From the NCBI GenBank assembly GCA_963779755.1, contig CAVZZO010000001.1:352001-416000 (forward strand): a DNA stretch of 64,000 nt. The letters are read 5' to 3'. This stretch comes from an uncultured Gemmatimonadales bacterium. GTDB lineage: Bacteria > Gemmatimonadota > Gemmatimonadetes > Gemmatimonadales > GWC2-71-9. The first letter of the stretch is position 1, and each line of letters begins with the position of its first letter. Below the pieces are notes generated by a model. The model was not told where the DNA came from, did no database searches, and was given only the letters and a program-made list of their open reading frames with translations. This document shows positions 57,793 through 64,000 of this stretch, piece by piece. The position numbers and the translations under genes are program-made.

Positions 57793-59670
57793 ATGACCAC
57801 TGTTACTTCTCCTCCCGGCACGGAGGGCGCTCGCCTGCGGGAACACCGCGAGGCGGTCGTCATCCGGTTCGCCGGCGATTCGGGCGACGGCATGCAGCTC
57901 ACCGGTTCCCAGTTCACGCTCGAATCGGCGCTGGCGGGGAACGACCTCGCCACCTTTCCCGACTACCCCGCCGAGATCCGGGCGCCGGCCGGTACCACCT
58001 TCGGCGTCTCGGCATTTCAGATCCACTTCGGCGCCATTCCCATCGAAACCGCGGGCGACCAGCTCGACGTGCTGGTCGCCATGAATCCGGCGGCGCTCAA
58101 GGTCAACCTGGCAGACCTGCGGGTGGGTGGAACCGTGGTGGTGGACGTGGCCTCGTTCACCGAGCGCAACCTGTTGAAGGCGGGCTATGAGAAGAGCCCG
58201 CTGGACGACAACACCCTGGCGCCGTACCGGCCGCTGCCGCTGGATATCGCCAAACTGACGCTGGAGGCGGTGAAGGAATACGGCCTGAGCCAGAAGGAAT
58301 CGCTCCGCTGCCGCAACATGTGGGCGCTGGGGCTCATGCTCTGGATGTATGGCCGCGAGCTGAGCGCGACTTCGACCTGGCTGGAGCGGAAGTTCGCCGG
58401 GGCGCCGGAGATCGCCGCCGCGAATCTGGCGGCGCTCCGGGCGGGCCACGCATTCGGGGAGACGGCCGAACTGGGGAGCCAGGTGGCGGCCTACGCAGTG
58501 CCGCGGGCCCAGCTGCCCACCGGCACCTACCGCACGGTGAGCGGCACCGATGCGCTCGCCTGGGGGCTGGTCGCCGGGATGCAGAAGGCGGGGCTGGCGC
58601 GTCTCATGTTCGGCTCCTATCCGATCACGCCGGCCTCGCCGGTGCTGCATGCCCTGGCGAAGCTGAAGGCGTTCGGCGTCATCACCTTCCAGGCGGAAGA
58701 CGAAATCGCCGCGATCTGCTCGGCGATCGGCGCGTCCTACGCCGGCGCGCTGGGCGTGACCTCGAGCTCGGGGCCGGGCATTGCGCTCAAGTCCGAGGCG
58801 CTGGGCCTGGCGCTCATGACCGAGCTGCCGCTCATCGTGATCAACTCGCAGCGCGCCGGCCCGTCCACCGGAATGCCGACCAAGACGGAGCAATCGGATC
58901 TGTTCCAGGCGATTTACGGCCGGAACGCCGACGCCCCGCTGCCGGTGCTGGCCGCCGCCACTCCGGCCGATTGTTTCGAGGTGGCCATCGAAGCGGTCCG
59001 GCTGGCCACGAAGTACATGACGCCGGTCATGCTGCTCACCGACGGTTACCTGGCCAATGCCGCCGAGCCGTGGTCCATCCCCGATCTGGACGCGATTCCC
59101 CCCTTCCCGGTTCATTTCCGGAAACAGGTGGAAGGATACCAGCCGTTCCTGCGCGATCCCGAGACGCTCTCGCGCCCCTGGGCCGTGCCGGGGACGCCGG
59201 GCCTGGCGCACCGCATCGGCGGCATCGAGAAGCACTACGACACCGGGCACATTTCCTATGATCCGGAGAATCACCAGAAGATGACCGATACCCGGGCCGC
59301 CAAGATCGCGGGCATCGCGCGTGACATACCGGAGCAGGAGGTGACGGTCGGCGAAGCGACGGGTGCCGTGGCGGTGGTGGGGTGGGGGTCGACCTGGGGG
59401 GCTATTCACCAGGCGGTCACCCAGCTGCGGGAGGAAGAGCTGGACGTCTCCCATATCCACCTGCGGCATCTCTCGCCCTTCCCGTCGAACCTGGGGGAGC
59501 TGCTCCGGGGGTTCAATCGCGTGCTGGTGCCGGAGATGAACAACGGCCAGCTGGTCACCATCCTGCGCAGCACCTACCTGGTGCCGGCGGAGGGGCTCAA
59601 CAAGGTGACCGGGAAGCCGTTCAAGACCGTCGAGATCGCCGAGGCGGTCCGCCACACCCTGGAGGGCTGA
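57793..59670 (+). CDS. korA: 2-oxoacid:ferredoxin oxidoreductase alpha subunit
   Basis: FAGDSGDGMQLTG, PAEIRAP, YPITPAS, QAEDEIAA, SGPG, QRAGPSTGMPTK. Confidence 0.95.
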   Translation: MTTVTSPPGTEGARLREHREAVVIRFAGDSGDGMQLTGSQFTLESALAGNDLATFPDYPAEIRAPAGTTFGVSAFQIHFGAIPIETAGDQLDVLVAMNPAALKVNLADLRVGGTVVVDVASFTERNLLKAGYEKSPLDDNTLAPYRPLPLDIAKLTLEAVKEYGLSQKESLRCRNMWALGLMLWMYGRELSATSTWLERKFAGAPEIAAANLAALRAGHAFGETAELGSQVAAYAVPRAQLPTGTYRTVSGTDALAWGLVAGMQKAGLARLMFGSYPITPASPVLHALAKLKAFGVITFQAEDEIAAICSAIGASYAGALGVTSSSGPGIALKSEALGLALMTELPLIVINSQRAGPSTGMPTKTEQSDLFQAIYGRNADAPLPVLAAATPADCFEVAIEAVRLATKYMTPVMLLTDGYLANAAEPWSIPDLDAIPPFPVHFRKQVEGYQPFLRDPETLSRPWAVPGTPGLAHRIGGIEKHYDTGHISYDPENHQKMTDTRAAKIAGIARDIPEQEVTVGEATGAVAVVGWGSTWGAIHQAVTQLREEELDVSHIHLRHLSPFPSNLGELLRGFNRVLVPEMNNGQLVTILRSTYLVPAEGLNKVTGKPFKTVEIAEAVRHTLEG

Positions 59671-59672
59671 TC

Positions 59673-60695
59673 ATGACCGCCACCACTCCTGCCCCGAGGC
59701 TGAGCCCCAAGGACTTCGCCACCGACCAGGAAGTCCGCTGGTGCCCGGGCTGCGGCGACTACGCCATCCTCAAGGCGGTGCAGCGGACGCTGGCGGAGGC
59801 CGGCGCGCAGCCCGACCGTACGGTGTTCGTGTCGGGGATCGGCTGCTCGTCGCGCTTTCCCTATTACGTGTCGACCTACGGGTTCCACACCATTCACGGC
59901 CGGGCGCCGGCGATCGCCACCGGGGTGAAGCTGGCGAATCCGGAACTGGATGTCTGGGTCATCACCGGCGACGGCGACGGGTTCAGCATCGGCGGCAACC
60001 ATATGCTGCACGTGCTCCGGCGCAACGTGGACCTCAACATCATTCTCTTCAATAATGAGATCTACGGGCTGACCAAGGGGCAGTACTCGCCCACGTCGCG
60101 GCGCGGAACGAAATCCCCCAGCACGCCCCAGGGCTCGCTCGATACGCCGCTGGTGCCGGCGCTGGTGGCCCTGGGCGCGGGCGCCCGGTTCGTGGCCCGT
60201 TCCATCGATACCGCCCAGGCGCACCTGCTGGAGGTCCTCCGGCGGGCGCATGACAACCGGGGCGCGTCATTCGTGGAGATCTATCAGAACTGCGTGGTCT
60301 ACAACGACGGGGTGTTCGACGAGTTCACCTCCCGCGAGATCGCGCCGGAGATGCAGCTGCATCTGGAACACGGCAAGCCACTGCGCTTCGGGAAGGACGG
60401 CGAGCGCGGGCTGCGGCTCCGGCCCGGCACCATGTCGCTGGAGGTGGTGAACCTGGGCGACGACGTCACCGAGGGGGACCTCATGGTGCACGACGAGACC
60501 AACCGCGCGCTGGCCATGCTGCTGGCCGAGCTGCACCCGCCGGAGTTCCCCATGGTGGTCGGAGTGTTGTATCGCAATCCGGGGCGGGTCTACGATCAGG
60601 ATGTGCATACCCAGCTGCGCCAGGAGATGGCGGCGGGGAGCAGGGACCTGGCGGCCGTGCTGCGGCAGGGACGAACCTGGGAGGTGGAGGACTGA
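59673..60695 (+). CDS. korB: 2-oxoacid:ferredoxin oxidoreductase beta subunit
   Basis: WCPGCGD, SGIGCSSR, HTIHGR, GDGD, NNEIYGLTKGQYSPT. Confidence 0.95.
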   Translation: MTATTPAPRLSPKDFATDQEVRWCPGCGDYAILKAVQRTLAEAGAQPDRTVFVSGIGCSSRFPYYVSTYGFHTIHGRAPAIATGVKLANPELDVWVITGDGDGFSIGGNHMLHVLRRNVDLNIILFNNEIYGLTKGQYSPTSRRGTKSPSTPQGSLDTPLVPALVALGAGARFVARSIDTAQAHLLEVLRRAHDNRGASFVEIYQNCVVYNDGVFDEFTSREIAPEMQLHLEHGKPLRFGKDGERGLRLRPGTMSLEVVNLGDDVTEGDLMVHDETNRALAMLLAELHPPEFPMVVGVLYRNPGRVYDQDVHTQLRQEMAAGSRDLAAVLRQGRTWEVED

Positions 60696-60696
60696 C

Positions 60697-60777
60697 GGGA
60701 AAGGGGAAGAGGGAAAGGGGAATGGTGAGGCGTGGGGGGTACGGCGTGGCGGTCCCGCCTTACGTCTCACGCCTTAC
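60697..60777. repeat. Composite heptamer tract (AGGGGAA units, then GTGAGGC / CCTTACG inverted units)
   Basis: GGGAAAGGGGAAGAGGGAAAGGGGAATGGTGAGGCGTG ... CGCCTTACGTCTCACGCCTTACG. Confidence 0.75.
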
Positions 60778-61056
60778 GACAATTACCCCTTCGCTCGTCA
60801 TGTGCTGATACTGCCCGTCCACGACCCAGCCTCGCACCGCCCGGTTGAACCGGGCGATGAAATCCCGCCGCCGGTCCCAGAGTAGAAAGCAGACCCGGTG
60901 CATGATGCTGTCGGAGAAGCGCCAGAAAGGATCGCGGTCATCGGCCAGGAAATCCGGGATGATGACCAGGTCGTCGTCGGCGCGCAGGGATTCGCGGCAG
61001 AGGGCGCAGAGGGCGGTGCGCGGGTCGCGGCGGCGCCAGGGGAGCGGAGGCATCAC
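60760..61056 (-). CDS. Small hypothetical protein with CxxC...HxxC (possible Zn ligand set)
   Basis: CALC ... FWRFSDSIMHRVCF. Confidence 0.6.
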   Translation of the reverse strand: MMPPLPWRRRDPRTALCALCRESLRADDDLVIIPDFLADDRDPFWRFSDSIMHRVCFLLWDRRRDFIARFNRAVRGWVVDGQYQHMTSEGVIVVRRET

Positions 61057-61118
61057 TGGAGGGTAGTTCCGGGGCGGGAAGGCTGGAAGGCGGGAAGACG
61101 GAGACGATCGTTCTGACT

Positions 61119-62147
61119 GTGACCTCCTATCGCCATATCGCCGTATTCCAACCGGGACGGGCGGGCGACTTCGTTCTCACCACCCCGCTGTGCGATGCCA
61201 TCAAGGCCTTCGCACCAGACTCCCGGCTCACACTCATCGTGGGTCCGCGGGCGGCGGAGATGGCCCGGGCGCATCCGTCCATCGACCGGGTCTGGGTGTT
61301 CGACCGGGCGCCGCACCGGCTGGCAGGTCTGGCGGCGCGGCTGCTGACCCACCGGTTCGATCTCTGGCTGGACCCCAAGATTCACCCCAGCCGGAACGGC
61401 GCCATGGCCGCGACGCTGGCGCGCGCGCGGGTGAAGGTCGGGTATAACGGACCGAAGCTGCGGCCGTTTACTCACGATCTGGCGGAGTTTCCCGATCCGG
61501 GTGGCCACTATATCGAGCAGGTACTGGGTTGTCTTGGCCCGCCCGGGATTCCCGCACCGGAAGATCCCCGGCCCACCGTGGGCCTCACTCCCGAGGCCGA
61601 GGCGTGGGCGCAGGACCAGCTCCCTGCCGATCACGCACCGGTGGTTGTGGTCAACATTTCCGCCGGCCATCCCACCCGCTACTGGACGGGGGAGCGATGG
61701 ATCGAGCTGTTGCGCTCGGCCAGCGCCTTCGGAGAATCAGACCTGCTCCTTAGCGCGGCTCCGGAAGATGCGGCCGTCGCCGCCCGCATCGTGCGGGAAG
61801 TAGCCGCGTCGGGCATCCGTATCCGGCAGCTGCCGCGGTCGGGGCTGGTGGAGCTGGCGGCGCTGGTGCGGCGGGCAGACCTGGTGCTGACGGTGGATAC
61901 GTCTTTCGTGCACCTGGCCGCGGCGTTCGACCGGCCTATCGTCGCGCTGTACAAGCACGCCTATCCCGAAGTCTCCCTGTTTGCGCCACGGTCGACGGTT
62001 CAGGAGATGGTGATTTCCGAGCCGGGGACCACGGTGGCGAGCATTCCGGTGGATGCGGTCGCACGGGCGGTCGAGCGGATCAGGGAGGGGGAAAGGGGAA
62101 AGGGGAACAGGGAAGGGGTTGGGCCGCCTCCTAGTCGGCACAGATGA
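61119..62147 (+). CDS. Glycosyltransferase family 9 (ADP-heptose:LPS heptosyltransferase-like)
   Basis: AGDFVLTTPL, LVLTVDTSFVHLAAAFDRPIVALY. Confidence 0.9.
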   Translation: MTSYRHIAVFQPGRAGDFVLTTPLCDAIKAFAPDSRLTLIVGPRAAEMARAHPSIDRVWVFDRAPHRLAGLAARLLTHRFDLWLDPKIHPSRNGAMAATLARARVKVGYNGPKLRPFTHDLAEFPDPGGHYIEQVLGCLGPPGIPAPEDPRPTVGLTPEAEAWAQDQLPADHAPVVVVNISAGHPTRYWTGERWIELLRSASAFGESDLLLSAAPEDAAVAARIVREVAASGIRIRQLPRSGLVELAALVRRADLVLTVDTSFVHLAAAFDRPIVALYKHAYPEVSLFAPRSTVQEMVISEPGTTVASIPVDAVARAVERIREGERGKGNREGVGPPPSRHR

Positions 62148-62523
62148 CGGGCGGCCCCGAGCCGCCGCGGGCCAGGGCGTAGGGGCCCAGGGTGTACGGG
62201 CCAGGGTCGGCGTTCACCGTGACCGTGAGGAGGACGATGTCGCGGGAGAAGGAGCCAGTGTAGCGGGCGTCCGTACCAGGCGGATTGACGACGATGGGCC
62301 CGAATACGACCTGGCCCGTCACGTCGAACCGGCCCTGGCTGTCCAGCGGAATGGCCCCGTCGACGGTGCCGGTGCCGCAGCCGAACAGGACGCCGGCATT
62401 GGTGGCCGTCACGGTCATGAGGACCTGCCCGTTGCCGTATTGGCCGGGCGGAAGGCTATCGGGCGGGCTGGTGGCGCAGGCGGCCAGGACCAGCAGGAAC
62501 AGGGCTGCAAGCAGGCGGCGCAT
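62131..62523 (-). CDS. Small lipoprotein, paralog 1
   Basis: MRRLLAALFLLVLAAC; FGCG, GAIPLDSQGRFDV, PYTLGPYAL, C-terminal Cys. Confidence 0.78.
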   Translation of the reverse strand: MRRLLAALFLLVLAACATSPPDSLPPGQYGNGQVLMTVTATNAGVLFGCGTGTVDGAIPLDSQGRFDVTGQVVFGPIVVNPPGTDARYTGSFSRDIVLLTVTVNADPGPYTLGPYALARGGSGPPVICAD

Positions 62524-62618
62524 TCGTCCGGTTCTCCGGGGAGTCCCAATGGAAGACCCCAGGGTCGGCCAGCCGGTCACCGCGGGCTGGCCGGTTCGGG
62601 GCGACCGACCTCCGGGCT

Positions 62619-62999
62619 CTAGAGACAGCCGAAGGATGGTTCGGGCCCGTCCCGGGGCAGGGCGTAGGGGCCGAGGGTGTAAGGGACCGGCTCACTGCCG
62701 GTGACCTTGAGGAACACGTACTTGCCGCTAAGCCCACCGGTGAACCGGGCCTCGGCGGGGGCAGGGACGGTCTGAAAGCTGACCTGTCCCGCGACGTCGA
62801 ACATGCCATGGCTGTCGAGGGGGATGGCGCCGGCGACCATCCCGTCGCCGCCGCAGCCGAGGAAAATGCGGGTTCCATCGCGCGAAACGATCATGACTAC
62901 CTGCCCGTTGGCATATTTGCCGACCGGGAGGACGTCGGGCGGATTGGTGGAACACGCCAGGAGCAGGAGGAGGACCGGCACGGAGGCAAGGCGCTGCAT
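62619..62999 (-). CDS. Small lipoprotein, paralog 2
   Basis: MQRLASVPVLLLLLAC; LGCG, GAIPLDSHGMFDV, PYTLGPYAL, C-terminal Cys. Confidence 0.78.
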   Translation of the reverse strand: MQRLASVPVLLLLLACSTNPPDVLPVGKYANGQVVMIVSRDGTRIFLGCGGDGMVAGAIPLDSHGMFDVAGQVSFQTVPAPAEARFTGGLSGKYVFLKVTGSEPVPYTLGPYALPRDGPEPSFGCL

Positions 63000-63060
63000 G
63001 GGCGTATCCTGTGGGCGTCCACTGGGGGACGCGGGAAGCTATCCCGACATCACATGCGGC

Positions 63061-63999
63061 TCAGGAGCGCTCGGCGGTGAGCCGGCTCATGCGCTGCTTC
63101 ACCTCGGTCACCAGCGGCTGCAGCTCGGGGTCGGCCTTGTTCCAGAGATCGGTGAACCGGCCGTAATACTCCAGCGCTTTGGCGCGATTGCCCTGCTCCT
63201 CATAGATCTCACCCATGCGCCGCAGTGCCGGGCCCCGGTAGTCCCCATCGTCGTTCAGCCGGAACAGGTCAGGGACGCGAAGAAAGGCTTCGTAGGTAGC
63301 GAGGGCGGAATCGGGCTGCCCCGCCTTCTGCCAGGCCGCGGCCAGGTCCCAGAGCTGACAGGTTCCGCAGTGGAAGCGGTCACGGAATCGGTGGATGGCC
63401 GCAATGGCGGCCTCGGGGTGTCCCTCGGCCATCTCGATCCAGCCGTTCAGGAGGCCGAGAGTCTCCTGGGACTGGCGAACCCGAGCCGTGTCCGCCGTCC
63501 GGCGCCATTCGCTGATGATCTGGCGGGCACGGTCAGGTCGACCGAGGGTGGCGAAGAAGTACGCAAACCCCAGCGTGGGCCGGTCGGCCGGCTTGGTCGC
63601 TTTCAGCGCCTCCTGCCTGCCCCAGAGAGTTTCCAGGTGTTGCAGAGCATCGGGCGGCGCGTTGCCCAGGCTGATGCTGCGGTCCAGGTCGTCGAGCTCG
63701 CGGTACAGTCTGCGCTGCTCCGGATCCAGCGTGTCGCCGCTCAGCTGTGCATTGAGATCATCCCGGCGGTTGTTCCACCGCCGGCTCTCCGCCAGCCGTC
63801 CCCAGGCCTCGTAGACCGATCCGAGGCGGTTTGCGATGCCGGCCTGCCAGTTGGTGCCGGGAGGCGCGGAATCCGCAGCGGCCAGCGCCAGGCGTTCCAC
63901 TTCGGGGAAATCGGTGTGAGCGGCGGCCAGCCCGATCCGGAGATCGTAACGACGGGGGTTTTCCGGGGCCGAATCCGTCAGAAATTGAAGAGTAGATTC
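63061..63999 (-). CDS. C-terminal TPR region of a large protein (5' end outside window), possibly a Ser/Thr kinase-TPR
   Basis: Frame open to the window edge; LRRMGEIYEEQG..ALEYYGRFTDLWNKADPELQPLV tail. Confidence 0.78.
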   Translation of the reverse strand, partial: ESTLQFLTDSAPENPRRYDLRIGLAAAHTDFPEVERLALAAADSAPPGTNWQAGIANRLGSVYEAWGRLAESRRWNNRRDDLNAQLSGDTLDPEQRRLYRELDDLDRSISLGNAPPDALQHLETLWGRQEALKATKPADRPTLGFAYFFATLGRPDRARQIISEWRRTADTARVRQSQETLGLLNGWIEMAEGHPEAAIAAIHRFRDRFHCGTCQLWDLAAAWQKAGQPDSALATYEAFLRVPDLFRLNDDGDYRGPALRRMGEIYEEQGNRAKALEYYGRFTDLWNKADPELQPLVTEVKQRMSRLTAERS

Positions 64000-64000
64000 G

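Overview
GC-rich chromosomal segment, probably close to the replication origin, with mnmG-parA-parB and two perfect parS sites. Gene content suggests a Gemmatimonadota-like diderm bacterium (inference). From left to right it holds: the start of a Tad/Flp pilus locus; mnmG/parAB/M23 peptidase/bactofilin; housekeeping genes (Nif3, queG, NDH-2, LOG, deoxyhypusine synthase-like, MFS); a 13-kb minus-strand metal cluster (TolC-MFP-CusA/CzcA RND pump, porin plus Zn/Mn ABC components, copZ-copA-csoR); a mazEF pair with a degenerate toxin; an HcrCAB-like molybdo-flavoprotein; MscS; a serine hydrolase-VanX fusion; a GAF histidine kinase; an ABC transporter; an EF-G paralog; a small island; a sigma54 activator locus; korAB; GT9; tandem lipoproteins; and a partial TPR gene. 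No rRNA, tRNA, CRISPR array, integrase or transposase was seen. Four things stand out. (1) Two paralogous secreted His/Cys leader proteins ending in the ribosome-arrest motif SRAPP: one heads the metal exporter operon and the other the importer operon. (2) A 2.2-kb integrase-free island bounded by a diverged duplication of the fusA-end/TPR-end junction. It carries two TolB-like lipoprotein cassettes, each preceded by the same C-terminal gene remnant. (3) A pervasive, strand-polarised family of 7/8/9-mer tandem repeats and palindromic elements at gene junctions, often invading protein termini. (4) An HcrA-like Mo enzyme with Gln at the catalytic Glu position. All calls come from visual motif recognition; no searches were run.
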